From a bacterium (GTDB lineage: Bacteria; Zhuqueibacterota; Zhuqueibacteria; Residuimicrobiales; Krinioviventaceae): a stretch of 64,000 nt of DNA. The stretch is from assembly GCA_963674595.2 (NCBI GenBank), contig CAXXFV010000023.1, positions 352,001 through 416,000 of the forward strand. Reading direction: 5' to 3'. The translations under genes and the position numbers were made by a program. Under the pieces are notes generated by a model. It ran no database searches. It saw only the letters and a list, made by a program, of their open reading frames with translations, and was not told the origin of the DNA. Positions 27,990 to 38,942 of the stretch are shown here, one piece after another; position 1 is the stretch's first letter, and every line of letters begins with the position of its first letter.

Positions 27990-30900
27990 ATGCCCTATTC
28001 TCCCACAAAACTGATGGACGAAAAATTAAACAATTTATTTAATCGGATTGAAGACGAAATTTACAAACCGGTTGCTGATTTAAAATTGACTGCCTGGAAA
28101 ACAAACGAACCTGTTCCTTTTAAAGATCGTATAAACGGTGAAAAAGCAGAATTAAATATCGGAGATAAATGGGGTGACCTTTTTGATTGTGCCTGGTTTT
28201 ATATGTTTGGGAATATTCCTCAATCTGCTGCTAATAAAAAAATCGTATTACTTGTTGATTTGAGTGGTGAGGCCTGTGTAGTTGATAATGATGGCAATCC
28301 AATTCAGGGCCTGACCACATATAGTTCCCTTTATGATTTTAGTCTGGGAACACCTGGTAAAAAGATTATACCGATAGCAGGAAAAGCACAGCCAGGTGCT
28401 GAAATAAAAATCTGGCTCGACGCCGGTAATAATGACCTTTTCGGCAACCTAAAAAATAACGGCACTGTCCGGCAAGCGTGTATTGCTGTTTGTAATGAAG
28501 AGTTGCGTCAGCTTTATTATGATTTTCAAGTATTATATGAATTATCGCAGCAGTTGGAAAAAACAACCGCAAGATACGAACAAATAAGGTATGCGCTTTA
28601 TCGTGTATCTGTTGTTCTCAATGAACTGACACCTGAAGAAATAAAAGAGGCCCGTGAAATATTGGCGCCTGAATTGGCCAGGAAAAACGGCGATTCTTCT
28701 TTGAGTGTCAGTGCCATGGGACATGCGCATATTGATCTTGCCTGGTTATGGCCGATCAGGGAAACCATCCGCAAGGGCGCACGTACCTTTTCCAATGTTT
28801 TAATGGTAATGGATAAATATCCTGACTTTAAATTCGGAGCTTCGCAGCCCCAGCTTTATCAATGGATGAAGGAACACTATCCTGTCCTTTATGAACGGAT
28901 TAAAGCCAAAATAAAACAAAACCGGTGGGAAGTTTTCGGCGGCACATGGGTAGAAATCGATACCAATCTTCCGGGCAGTGAAGCTTTGGTACGGCAGTTT
29001 TTATATGCCAGGCAGTTTTTTAAAGAGGAATTTGACGCTGAAATAGATTATTTGTTTCTTCCTGATACTTTTGGCTATACCGGCGCTTTGCCGCAAATTA
29101 TGAAAAAAAGCGGCATCAACTATTTTATAACCATAAAATTATCCTGGGATGAACTGAATACCTATCCTCATCATACTTTTATTTGGAAGGGGATAGACGG
29201 TTCGGATGTTTTGGTGCACATGCCGCCGGAGGGTACCTATAACAGTTCCGCAGCACCAAGAGCAATAAAAAAAGCAGAGGCGGATTATCTTGACAAAGCA
29301 GTTTCTGAAAATTGTCTGATGCTTTATGGAATTGGCGATGGCGGCGGCGGACCCGGATATGAACATTTGGAGCGGTTAAAACGCGAAAAAAATCTTGCCG
29401 GTATAGCTCCGGTGCGACAGGAATTTATCAGTACTTTTTTGCAGCGTCTGGAAAAAGACCGGCACAAACTGCACACATGGAACGGTGAATTGTATTTGGG
29501 ACGTCATCAGGGTACCCTGACAAGCCAGGGATTGATTAAAAAATACAACAGGTCTATGGAACTCGCTCTTAGAGATTTGGAGTTTACGTCCGTTTTAGCC
29601 TCTGTTTTTACCGGAAAAAAATACCCGTCAGAACAGATTGAAACAATCTGGAAACAGGTGTTGCTGTACCAATTTCATGATATTATTACCGGTGATTCTA
29701 TTACCCGTGTTTTTGAAGAGGCTTATAAACATTACCCTGTTTTATTAAAAGAGACCAATGACCTTGACGAATCTGCCCAAAATGCTGTTTTGAGGCAAAT
29801 CAATACATCCGGTTTTATAAAACCCGTTGTTGTTTTTAATTCTCTTTGCTGGCAGCGAAAAGAGTGGCTCAAAATTGATGAAAAATGGCATTTTGTTCAG
29901 ATCCCGCCATTGGGATATACGGTCATTGAGGGTGATAAAGCGGAATCATCTTTTCCTGAATTGAATGTTAATGAAAACCTCCTTGAAAATGAAATTCTGC
30001 GAATTGAATTTTCCAGTGAAGGAACAATTGTTTCTATCTTTGATAAGGAACATCAAAAACAGGTTATGTCACCAAAGACAGAGGCAAATTTGCTGACGGT
30101 TTATCATGATGATGGCGATGCCTTTGACATGAGTCTGGATTATCATCAGCAAATTGCCGGATATTTCAAGTTGGAATCGAGTGAGTATGTTTTAGACGGT
30201 CCGAAATGTATTGTTAAACAGGTGCGTAATTTTGGTCAGTCAAAGCTTTATCAGTTTATTAGTTTGACGGCCGGAAGCCGTCGAATTGATTTTGAAACCC
30301 GTGTGGATTGGAAAGAGTCTAACAAAATGTTACGAGCATCCTTTCCTGTGGATGTTTACGCCCGGGAGGCTTTTTTTGAAATTCAATTCGGGCATATTAA
30401 ACGACCGACACATAGCAACACAAACTGGGACATTGCGCAATATGAAGTTGTTGCTCACAGGTGGGCTGACCTTTCGGATAGAACGTACGGCGTTGCTTTG
30501 CTGAATGATTGCAAGTATGGTTACAAGGTAAAAGAAAACGTGCTGGATATCAATCTGTTAAGGTGTACGCACTGGCCGGCGATTCACTCAGATGTGGGTG
30601 ACCACGACTTTTTATATGCTTTGTATCCTCACGCCGGTGACCATATTTCTGCAAATGTCATTCAATTGGGATATGAGTTAAATATACCGTTACAAACAGC
30701 GGCTTGTAACAGTCAGACGGGTAAACTAGATCAGCAATTTTCATTTGTAGAGATTGATGCTGAAAATATCATTATCGAATCTATTAAAAAAGCACAAGAC
30801 AATGAGGACATTATTATTCGGTTATATGAAGCAGATGGAATATCATCAGACTGTAATATTCAATTTAATCTGAATGTTAATGATATTCATTTAACGAATT

Positions 30901-30998
30901 TAATGGAAGAAAAAATTAAACACCTGAACGTCATTGATCAAAAAGTGACACTGGATTTTAAGGCTTTTGAGATTCATACCATCCGCCTGATTTTATAA
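27990..30998 (+). CDS. GH38 alpha-mannosidase, cytoplasmic
   Basis: GHAHIDLAWLW, PDTFG, GDGGGGP, GELY, QFHD and ALLNDCKYG motifs; no signal peptide. Confidence 0.95.
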   Translation: MPYSPTKLMDEKLNNLFNRIEDEIYKPVADLKLTAWKTNEPVPFKDRINGEKAELNIGDKWGDLFDCAWFYMFGNIPQSAANKKIVLLVDLSGEACVVDNDGNPIQGLTTYSSLYDFSLGTPGKKIIPIAGKAQPGAEIKIWLDAGNNDLFGNLKNNGTVRQACIAVCNEELRQLYYDFQVLYELSQQLEKTTARYEQIRYALYRVSVVLNELTPEEIKEAREILAPELARKNGDSSLSVSAMGHAHIDLAWLWPIRETIRKGARTFSNVLMVMDKYPDFKFGASQPQLYQWMKEHYPVLYERIKAKIKQNRWEVFGGTWVEIDTNLPGSEALVRQFLYARQFFKEEFDAEIDYLFLPDTFGYTGALPQIMKKSGINYFITIKLSWDELNTYPHHTFIWKGIDGSDVLVHMPPEGTYNSSAAPRAIKKAEADYLDKAVSENCLMLYGIGDGGGGPGYEHLERLKREKNLAGIAPVRQEFISTFLQRLEKDRHKLHTWNGELYLGRHQGTLTSQGLIKKYNRSMELALRDLEFTSVLASVFTGKKYPSEQIETIWKQVLLYQFHDIITGDSITRVFEEAYKHYPVLLKETNDLDESAQNAVLRQINTSGFIKPVVVFNSLCWQRKEWLKIDEKWHFVQIPPLGYTVIEGDKAESSFPELNVNENLLENEILRIEFSSEGTIVSIFDKEHQKQVMSPKTEANLLTVYHDDGDAFDMSLDYHQQIAGYFKLESSEYVLDGPKCIVKQVRNFGQSKLYQFISLTAGSRRIDFETRVDWKESNKMLRASFPVDVYAREAFFEIQFGHIKRPTHSNTNWDIAQYEVVAHRWADLSDRTYGVALLNDCKYGYKVKENVLDINLLRCTHWPAIHSDVGDHDFLYALYPHAGDHISANVIQLGYELNIPLQTAACNSQTGKLDQQFSFVEIDAENIIIESIKKAQDNEDIIIRLYEADGISSDCNIQFNLNVNDIHLTNLMEEKIKHLNVIDQKVTLDFKAFEIHTIRLIL

Positions 30999-31026
30999 GT
31001 ATAGTAATATTACTGTTTATATATAT

Positions 31027-31069
31027 AAAGGGATTTTTAGATATTACCATATCTAAAAATCCCTTTTTT
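31027..31069 (+). terminator. Intrinsic terminator after GH38
   Basis: Perfect 18-bp stem aaagggatttttagatat / atatctaaaaatcccttt with a 4-nt loop, followed by a T-run. Confidence 0.85.
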
Positions 31070-31343
31070 GTTTTGAGTTTTAATACGGTAATAATTACAA
31101 AAATAATATTTAAAAAAAACGCACAAAAGGGGAGGGCTTTTTTATTTGCATACGTCTATTTAGATAAATCCCGCATTTCTATTCCTATGATTTAAAACGT
31201 TTTTATTGCAATCGGCTCAAGATTTAGTTTAAGGGTAACATTTATATATTTTTATTATTTAGGCAGGTTATTCTCCACTTTTCCAAGCGCCAAACGTTGG
31301 TATTTGTAAAATAAATTAACTGTTAATTCAAGTCGAGTCTGCC

Positions 31344-32957
31344 ATGTTTTTAAAAAATAAATTCAAGCTTCAAGCCAAATCTTTTCTTTATTCTACTCTT
31401 TTTGTTTTAATATTTTCATCCGATTGTTCCAGAGACAAAAGTGTTTTATTGCCGAACTATAATCAAGACAATGATTTTAATACGGCGGATTATGTTCTTC
31501 CCTATCCGGTTGGAAAATCCTATCAGTGTATTCTGGGAAATTCTGAAGGATATCACAGAAATAATTACCGATATGCTCAGAATTTTGCCATGCCGGCTAA
31601 TTCCTATATTACCGCAGCAAGAAAGGGACGGGTTGTTTATGTAAAAGAGGATGTGGCTGATAATGATCAGTCTGATGTTAATTATTTACTTGTCAAACAT
31701 TACGATGGTTCCTGTGCGTGTTATGCGCATTTAAAAAATAATGGTATTTTTGTTGATGGTGATCAGGGAGTTATGCAAGGTGACACCATAGCGCTGAGCG
31801 GTAATACCGGGTTTACCAACAATACTCCCCAATTAGAGTTTTATGTCAGGGAAAAGGGCCCTTTTGAAAACTCTGCAACCATACCGGTGCGGTTCAAAAA
31901 TACCATTCCTCATTCCAATGGTGTTCAGGCAGGTACTTTTTATAAAGCGTTACCCTATGAAAAAGAAATTATTGAACAAAGCGATAACAGCGAATTTCCC
32001 GTATCAACACCCGAGCAGCAGGGAATTAATGGAAGCAAATTTGAAGAAATGGTTGTTAAAATTGATCAGGGAGTTTATGGTAATATACACTGTTTATTAA
32101 TCGCCCGAAACGATACGTTGGTTTTTGAAAAGTATTTTCAGGGATTTGATCGACAAGAGTTACATTGTCTTTACTCTGTAACCAAATCTTTTACTTCGGC
32201 ATTAATTGGAATAGCTCTTAATGAGGGGAAAATCAATAATCTTGAACAAAAAATGGTGTCGTTTTTCCCTAACTATAATATTACAAATAATTATTCCTTA
32301 AAAGAAAAAATTACCATAAAACATCTGCTAACGATGACTTCGGGATTATCTGTCGAACATGAAAGTCTGGCTTATTTCAGTAATAATTGGATACGGTCCA
32401 TGCTGAATATACCCATGACATCCGCTCCGGGTGAACAATTTGTTTACCATACCGGAAATAGCCTGCTTCTCGGAGGAATACTAAAAGATGCAACCGGACA
32501 GGATGTAGATGTGTATGCTGCTGAAAAATTATTAGGGCCTTTAGGAATTCAAAATTGGAGATGGATAAAAGGTCCCGGTAATGCCGTTGCTTCCGGTGGA
32601 TGGTTGGGAGGGCTTCATTTAAGGCCTTTGGATATGCTAAAATTTGGACTGTTGTTTTTACATAAAGGTAAATGGCATGGAGAAACAATTGTGCCGGAAG
32701 AATGGGTGCAAGAGTCCACCTCAAGGCACGCGTCATTTTCTCCGAACGAGAATTATAGCTATCAATGGTGGCGTGTTAGTAACAATCATAAGATTGCTGA
32801 TTTAGTTGAAACAAACGATATTTTTTATGCTGCCGGTCATAAAGGTCAGTTTATTTATGTCATTCCACATTTGAATGTGGTAATCGTATCGACAGCCTGG
32901 GGGAGCGAGTTTTCGGAAATGGTTGCTGATTATATACTGCCGGCAGTAACTAGTTAA
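31344..32957 (+). CDS. Degenerate M23-peptidase-like domain fused to a serine hydrolase (beta-lactamase class C-like)
   Basis: N-terminal LPYPVG...AARKG.V...YAHL...QGDTIALSGNTG M23 fold. C-terminal SVTK (SxxK), HLLTMTSG, PGEQFVYHT and AGHKGQ. Confidence 0.85.
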   Translation: MFLKNKFKLQAKSFLYSTLFVLIFSSDCSRDKSVLLPNYNQDNDFNTADYVLPYPVGKSYQCILGNSEGYHRNNYRYAQNFAMPANSYITAARKGRVVYVKEDVADNDQSDVNYLLVKHYDGSCACYAHLKNNGIFVDGDQGVMQGDTIALSGNTGFTNNTPQLEFYVREKGPFENSATIPVRFKNTIPHSNGVQAGTFYKALPYEKEIIEQSDNSEFPVSTPEQQGINGSKFEEMVVKIDQGVYGNIHCLLIARNDTLVFEKYFQGFDRQELHCLYSVTKSFTSALIGIALNEGKINNLEQKMVSFFPNYNITNNYSLKEKITIKHLLTMTSGLSVEHESLAYFSNNWIRSMLNIPMTSAPGEQFVYHTGNSLLLGGILKDATGQDVDVYAAEKLLGPLGIQNWRWIKGPGNAVASGGWLGGLHLRPLDMLKFGLLFLHKGKWHGETIVPEEWVQESTSRHASFSPNENYSYQWWRVSNNHKIADLVETNDIFYAAGHKGQFIYVIPHLNVVIVSTAWGSEFSEMVADYILPAVTS

Positions 32958-33117
32958 CGAGTTTTAAACAGTATAATTAAAAATGATATTTATATAATTG
33001 AATATAAATGACTTCATGCCGGGTGTTTAAAAATGGCGTTATCACTGGTGAGGATTAAATAGCAGAATCTTGTTGGGATTATATAAATATAAAATCAACG
33101 TAATGAAGGAAAATTCT

Positions 33118-35196
33118 ATGAATTTTCATAAAAAATTGCATGGTATGCTTTGTTGTTTTCTTTTATTGCTGTGCAGGATTTGCTACCCGGTAGAGAATGA
33201 TTTTCCTGATTTGGCCTATATTACAGGACTAGCGGTTGATTATGCTGAACCCGATATTGTTTATGCCGCTACTTTGTCCGGCGGGCTGTATAAAAGTATT
33301 AATACAGGTGATGAATGGATTCGGATAAATGCAAGTGCGGGATTCATACAGTATTATACTGTCGTAATTGATCCTCAAAATCCCAGCCGTATTTTTGCCG
33401 GTGGATTTGAAACCGGTATATGGATTTCAAACGATAGAGGGGAAGGATGGATACCCGGTGGTCTTGATGGTATAACCATTTGTCATATTGCTGTAAATGC
33501 TCAAAATCCCAATCAGGTTTATGTGTTAACGCCCGGTGGTGTTTGTAAAACCAATGATATTCGGACAGGAGTTTGGGAGTACATTTTAAATCATATAGAT
33601 TTTATTCATAGAAAATATGGAATTACAGATTTTTCCGGTCCGCTTAATCCTTACTTTAGCCGATGGACAAAAATGGCGGTCAATCCGCATAATCCTCAGG
33701 AAATATATACAGCCACGGCGTATATTTCCGGTTATTTTTTTAGTTCGGATGCCGGTAAAACCTGGGACCATTATTTTATTTCAGGTATGAAAACCAACGG
33801 GAGGGTGGATATTATTCTGTTTCATCCGACCGATCCTGATATAGTGTTTTTGGGAACACATCACGCTGGTGTGTTCAAATCTTTTAACAGTGGTAAAAGC
33901 TGGGTTTCAATGACCCGGGGAATGGAGCCGCAACGACGCACTCCCTGGTATGCTGTCTGGCTTATTTCAGGACTGGTTATCGATCCGACAAATCCTGAAA
34001 TAATGTATACGGGCGGCGATTACTCAAACTGGAAAACTATTGACGGCGGAATTTCATGGCAGGAACTCGGTAATACTCTAACCTGTGAGTTTGCCCGCAG
34101 TTTTGCGGTCGATCCGGTACGCCCTGAAATCGTTTATGCCGGGACAAATGTCGGAGTGTTCCGCTCCACAGATGGCGGAGATACCTGGAAACTGAGAAAT
34201 AACGGCTTTCCTGATTTTGAATTAATCAACAAAATTCAGGTGAATTATAACGATGAACAATTTGAATATGGTATCGGTCATAATCATCGTTATATCTTTC
34301 GGCATTCTTTGACCGGGAATAATGACTGGGATTATATGGGATTTTTATTGTTTGATATGGTTATTGACAGTCTTGGTTATGATGAAAACGCACAGCGACT
34401 CTATGCCTATGGTGACCCAGGAACTTTTCAAAGCGATGATGGGGGCCTCACCTGGGACGTTCCGGTAATTCAGTTTGATCCGAATCCCGGTCCCGTTATT
34501 GAGGTCCCTTTTACCGGAAACCGCAACGATCTACAGTTCTGGACATTCGAGCTGGAAATTCAGGGAGATATTTTTTTTATCGATTCTCTTGCACAGGAAA
34601 CTTATCAGAATATATATCTGGAGCAGCCGCATATTATGGTACAATTAGTCACACCTGAATACCCGCTTGATAAAACCAAACCGATTTGGCAAAAAACATT
34701 ATACAATTCTCTTGATGTAACCCTGCAAATTCCCAAAAGCTGTTTGCAGCTATATCAAGATTGTTTATTATATGTCGAGGTCAGGGATTTTCAAAAATTG
34801 AAACATTTTGGAGTTATAGAGATAAATAAAAGTCAACTGCCGGACCGGGTTTTTGTGCCGGTGGATACCGAAACGTTATTACCGGTTTTTAATACTGATT
34901 TTGTTTATACACCTCTTGCAAAATCACAATTGTTGCAAAATTTCCCCAATCCCTTTAATAAAAGTACCAATTTATGTTTTGAAATAATGGATTTTGGCAG
35001 GGTAAATATATCCATATATAACTGTTTGGGACAAAAGATCAATACCCTTGTTGACAGTCCTGCTCAAACTGGAATTTATTATCTGCCCTGGGATGGGGTG
35101 AATGAACAGGGGATTGCCGTTTCCACAGGCGTTTATTTTGCCGTCATGCAGACAGACAACACCACTTTTACTCGAAAGATGATATTGTTAAGATAA
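33118..35196 (+). CDS. Secreted BNR/VPS10-like beta-propeller protein with FlgD-Ig/T9SS-type-A-like C-terminal domain
   Basis: AAGGA RBS before ATG 33118; repeated DP.NP..(Y/F)AG and S.DGG.TW units; C-terminal LLQNFPNPFN...WDG...GVYF...RKMILLR. Confidence 0.8.
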   Translation: MNFHKKLHGMLCCFLLLLCRICYPVENDFPDLAYITGLAVDYAEPDIVYAATLSGGLYKSINTGDEWIRINASAGFIQYYTVVIDPQNPSRIFAGGFETGIWISNDRGEGWIPGGLDGITICHIAVNAQNPNQVYVLTPGGVCKTNDIRTGVWEYILNHIDFIHRKYGITDFSGPLNPYFSRWTKMAVNPHNPQEIYTATAYISGYFFSSDAGKTWDHYFISGMKTNGRVDIILFHPTDPDIVFLGTHHAGVFKSFNSGKSWVSMTRGMEPQRRTPWYAVWLISGLVIDPTNPEIMYTGGDYSNWKTIDGGISWQELGNTLTCEFARSFAVDPVRPEIVYAGTNVGVFRSTDGGDTWKLRNNGFPDFELINKIQVNYNDEQFEYGIGHNHRYIFRHSLTGNNDWDYMGFLLFDMVIDSLGYDENAQRLYAYGDPGTFQSDDGGLTWDVPVIQFDPNPGPVIEVPFTGNRNDLQFWTFELEIQGDIFFIDSLAQETYQNIYLEQPHIMVQLVTPEYPLDKTKPIWQKTLYNSLDVTLQIPKSCLQLYQDCLLYVEVRDFQKLKHFGVIEINKSQLPDRVFVPVDTETLLPVFNTDFVYTPLAKSQLLQNFPNPFNKSTNLCFEIMDFGRVNISIYNCLGQKINTLVDSPAQTGIYYLPWDGVNEQGIAVSTGVYFAVMQTDNTTFTRKMILLR

Positions 35197-35583
35197 TCTG
35201 CAAACCGGGGAAATTCCTTTCCTTTTTCCAAATCCAAGATCAAAATCATCTATCGTTGAAGAATTTTCTGATTACAGTTTAATTTTATGATACAATTACA
35301 TTTGAAAACGAAAAATTAAAGTTTTCCTCAAAACTGAATCTCTGGTTTTCAGGTATATCAGCATTATTTGAGTTTAGGAATTAGGAAAACGGTTTTTTTA
35401 TGCATAAACACCCAAGTAAAAGGCAGAGTGGCAGAAATAGCTTGGCAATTTGCCTGATAAGTCTTAACTTAATAGCTTTGTCGGTCACTAGTACTTGTCT
35501 TGTCAAAACGAGAGGCTGTTTGGGCAGGCGTGAATAAAAATAATTATCAAATGTTTAAATTAACAAGGATACAAAAAACAGTT

Positions 35584-37221
35584 ATGATATCAACAACAAA
35601 ATTATCAATTATATATGGCCAGCAGGTTTTATTTAAAGATGTTTCAATTAAATTTGTCGAAGGAAATTGTTATGGATTGATTGGTGCAAACGGTTCCGGC
35701 AAGTCAACATTTTTAAAAGCGCTTTCCGGTGAAATAGATGTCAGTTCCGGCGATATCCATCTTCCAAAGGGAAAACGAATCGCAACGTTACGACAGGACC
35801 ATTTTGCTTTTGATGAATATACGGTTATGCAGACTGCCCTTTTGGGTCATAAAAAATTATATGATCTTTTGGAAGAGAAAAATTTTCTTGAAGCAAAAAC
35901 AGACATTACCGATGAAGAAGGCATGCGTATGTCTGAGATTTATAATGAAATGGCAGAAATTAACGGCTATGAAGCTGAATCTGAGGCTGGCCGGCTTTTA
36001 GATGGGCTTGGCATTACTTCGGATATGTTTGACATGCCGATGAAAGCTCTTGATGGTGGTGTTAAAGTGCGAATTTTATTAGTTCAGGCCCTGTTTGGTA
36101 ATCCGGATATCCTGTTGCTGGATGAACCAACCAATAATCTTGACCTTGAATCAATCACCTGGCTGGAAGAGTTTCTTTATAACTTTCAAAATACAGTTAT
36201 AGTCGTAAGCCATGACAGACACTTTCTTAATAAAGTTTGTACCCACATTGCAGATATTGATTTTAAGACAATCAAGATTTTTGCCGGCAACTATGATTTC
36301 TGGTATTATACAAGTCAGCTTGCTGTGCAGCGGTTTAAAGATGAAAAACGAAAAAGAGATGAAAAGGTCAAAGAACTGCAAGAGTTTATTTCACGCTTTT
36401 CGGCAAATGCTTCCAAAGCCCGTCAGGCAACCTCGCGAAAAAAATTGATAGATAAATTAACAATTGAGGATATGCCTTCATCGTCCAGAAAACGACCGTA
36501 TGTGGAATTTAAACCCGAACGTAGCTGCGGGAACAATATTCTTCGCATAACCGATTTGAATAAATCAATTGATGGTGAAGAAATATTCAAAGACCTGACA
36601 TTTACGGTTGATGGCGGCGATAAAATAGTTTTTATTGGATTTAATAATAACTATAAAACGGTTCTTTTTGATATCATTTCAGGTGAGCTTGAACCGGATA
36701 GCGGTACTTATGAGTGGGGCGTTACTATAACATATAATTATATGCCTCGAAATAATGCCGATTTTTTTACCGGCAATAGCAACCTGGTAGATTGGCTTCG
36801 TCAGTATTCCAAAGAGGAAAAAGATGAAGCTTTTATTCGCGGATTTTTAGGACGGATGCTTTTCTCGGGTGATGATGCCCTGAAAATGACGGACGTTCTT
36901 TCCGGAGGAGAAAAAGTCCGATGTATGCTTGCGCGTTCAATGCTTTCCGGTGCCAATGTTTTGATTCTGGATGAACCAACCAACCACCTTGACCTTGAAG
37001 CGATTACAGCACTGAATGATGGTATGAGTAAATATCCTGATGTTCTTTTGTTCGGTTCGCATGATCACGAGTTGAATAACTCTGTTGCAAACCGGATCAT
37101 TGAATTTACTCCCAAAGGAATTATTGACAGAAAAATGACTTTTGATGAGTATTTTACCGATCAAAAAATTAAAGAAATTCGGGATAAAATGTATGATGGT
37201 CATCAGCGCCCGGTTTTATAA
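35584..37221 (+). CDS. ABC-F family ATPase (YbiT/YkpA-like)
   Basis: GANGSGKS, LLLDEPTN, SHDRHFL, RFSANASKARQATSRKK linker, LSGGE, DEPTNHLD; no transmembrane domain. Confidence 0.92.
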   Translation: MISTTKLSIIYGQQVLFKDVSIKFVEGNCYGLIGANGSGKSTFLKALSGEIDVSSGDIHLPKGKRIATLRQDHFAFDEYTVMQTALLGHKKLYDLLEEKNFLEAKTDITDEEGMRMSEIYNEMAEINGYEAESEAGRLLDGLGITSDMFDMPMKALDGGVKVRILLVQALFGNPDILLLDEPTNNLDLESITWLEEFLYNFQNTVIVVSHDRHFLNKVCTHIADIDFKTIKIFAGNYDFWYYTSQLAVQRFKDEKRKRDEKVKELQEFISRFSANASKARQATSRKKLIDKLTIEDMPSSSRKRPYVEFKPERSCGNNILRITDLNKSIDGEEIFKDLTFTVDGGDKIVFIGFNNNYKTVLFDIISGELEPDSGTYEWGVTITYNYMPRNNADFFTGNSNLVDWLRQYSKEEKDEAFIRGFLGRMLFSGDDALKMTDVLSGGEKVRCMLARSMLSGANVLILDEPTNHLDLEAITALNDGMSKYPDVLLFGSHDHELNNSVANRIIEFTPKGIIDRKMTFDEYFTDQKIKEIRDKMYDGHQRPVL

Positions 37222-37297
37222 TTATAAGATAAATGGAAAATCAAACAAGTAAAAACGAATATAATTAAAATATTTTGCCATTAAGAAAGAAAAATTT

Positions 37298-38839
37298 GTG
37301 TCTGAAGACAAACCGAAATATACAAAAGAAGAAATAGATAGTTGTATCAACTTGCTTGACTATATGGTAAACAATGAAAAAGATTTCGTTGCGCTGCCAA
37401 GGGAAAAGCAAATTGAACTATTAAAGCTGGCAGGGCAGTTGTCCCGGCCGGATAAGGAACAAAAAAAGCAGCGAAGGAAAGAGGCCAAAGCCCGAAAAAA
37501 GCAAAAGATCGATTCTGCAGAGCGAAAGGCACGAGCGGCAACCGGTATTCGTGTTGCAAGAGAGGCCAAAGTATTCTCCGCCCCTTTGCAAATTTCAGAT
37601 ACAAAGGAATCCTCCGGAAAGAATTTGGTTATAAACTCGTTCCGCAATTGTTATGTTTGTAAAGCAGAGTTTACCCAGCTTCATTTTTTTTATGATAGCA
37701 TGTGCCCGACCTGCGCAGAATTAAATTATAAAAAACGTTTCCAGACAGCAGATTTAACGGGTCAGGTCGCTTTAATAACCGGATCACGTCTGAAAATAGG
37801 GTACCAGGCAACACTCATGATGCTCAGGGCCGGCGCCACTGTTATAGCTACCACCCGTTTTCCAAAAGACTCTGCGTTAAGATATTCTAAAGAAAAAGAT
37901 TTTAAGGAGTGGAGCGACCGGCTGCATATTTATGGTCTGGATTTAAGACATACACCAAGCGTGGAAATTTTTTGCAGCCATTTCCAGCAAACCTATGATC
38001 GTCTGGACATACTCATCAATAACGCTGCCCAAACAGTTCGGCGCCCACCCGGATTTTATTCACATTTGATGCCTAACGAAATGAAAGCGTTGAATGAATT
38101 TCCGGAGAATGTGCAAAAACTGATGACAAATTTTCATCAATGTACCGGTAAATTAATCTCGCTTTCGACGTCCCAAAGTAATTTAGCCTCTGACCTTCCG
38201 GTTACCTGGGATGGAAAACTACCGGGGATTGGATTAAGAGAATCTGCACAACTTTCACAAATTCCTTATGCCTATGATAACACGCTAAATACGGAAAGTG
38301 TTTTCCCCAAGGGGGAATTGGACATTGACTTGCAGCAGGTTGACCTGCGGACAACAAACAGTTGGCGGTTAAAAATTGGTGAAATTCCAACAGCAGAAAT
38401 GATAGAACTGCAACTTGTCAACTCGATAGCACCTTTTGTGCTATGCAACAAGCTGGTGCCTTTTATGAAAAAAGAAAATACCGGTAAAAAGCATATCGTA
38501 AATGTCTCTGCAATGGAAGGCAAGTTTTTCCGTTTCAAAAAAGGCGAACGTCATCCCCATACCAACATGGCAAAAGCCGCTCTTAATATGTTGACCCACA
38601 CGTCGGCTAGTGAACTTGCAAAACATGGAATTTTTATGAATGCTGTCGATACCGGTTGGGTAACGGATGAAGACCCTGTACAGTTATCCAAACTAAAACA
38701 GGACCTGCATGATTTTCAACCTCCGTTGGATATTGTAGACGGCGCTGCAAGAGTATGCGATCCATTTTTTGATGGCATCAACACCGGTAAACACTGGTGC
38801 GGCAAATTTTTAAAAGACTATTTTCCTATTGAATGGTAA
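37298..38839 (+). CDS. Atypical SDR family oxidoreductase with N-terminal Cys4 motif
   Basis: CYVC...CPTC; [45 protein letters not shown]. Confidence 0.85.
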   Translation: MSEDKPKYTKEEIDSCINLLDYMVNNEKDFVALPREKQIELLKLAGQLSRPDKEQKKQRRKEAKARKKQKIDSAERKARAATGIRVAREAKVFSAPLQISDTKESSGKNLVINSFRNCYVCKAEFTQLHFFYDSMCPTCAELNYKKRFQTADLTGQVALITGSRLKIGYQATLMMLRAGATVIATTRFPKDSALRYSKEKDFKEWSDRLHIYGLDLRHTPSVEIFCSHFQQTYDRLDILINNAAQTVRRPPGFYSHLMPNEMKALNEFPENVQKLMTNFHQCTGKLISLSTSQSNLASDLPVTWDGKLPGIGLRESAQLSQIPYAYDNTLNTESVFPKGELDIDLQQVDLRTTNSWRLKIGEIPTAEMIELQLVNSIAPFVLCNKLVPFMKKENTGKKHIVNVSAMEGKFFRFKKGERHPHTNMAKAALNMLTHTSASELAKHGIFMNAVDTGWVTDEDPVQLSKLKQDLHDFQPPLDIVDGAARVCDPFFDGINTGKHWCGKFLKDYFPIEW

Positions 38840-38942
38840 GATATTTAGCTGTTCAGGAAAATAGAGGTGACAGAAGGACATCAATCCCGGGATTTCACCT
38901 ATAAACTATTATTGAAATGAAAATACACAGGAGAGAACGACT

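Noticed and set aside
32947-32956. taactagtta palindrome resembling a TrpR box
   Set aside because: It lies in the final codons of a CDS and there is no trp context.
35584-37221. Degenerate second Walker A (GFNNNYKT) or an antibiotic-resistance role for the ABC-F
   Set aside because: Similar degeneracy occurs in housekeeping YkpA-like ABC-Fs. No resistance context or convincing attenuator was seen.
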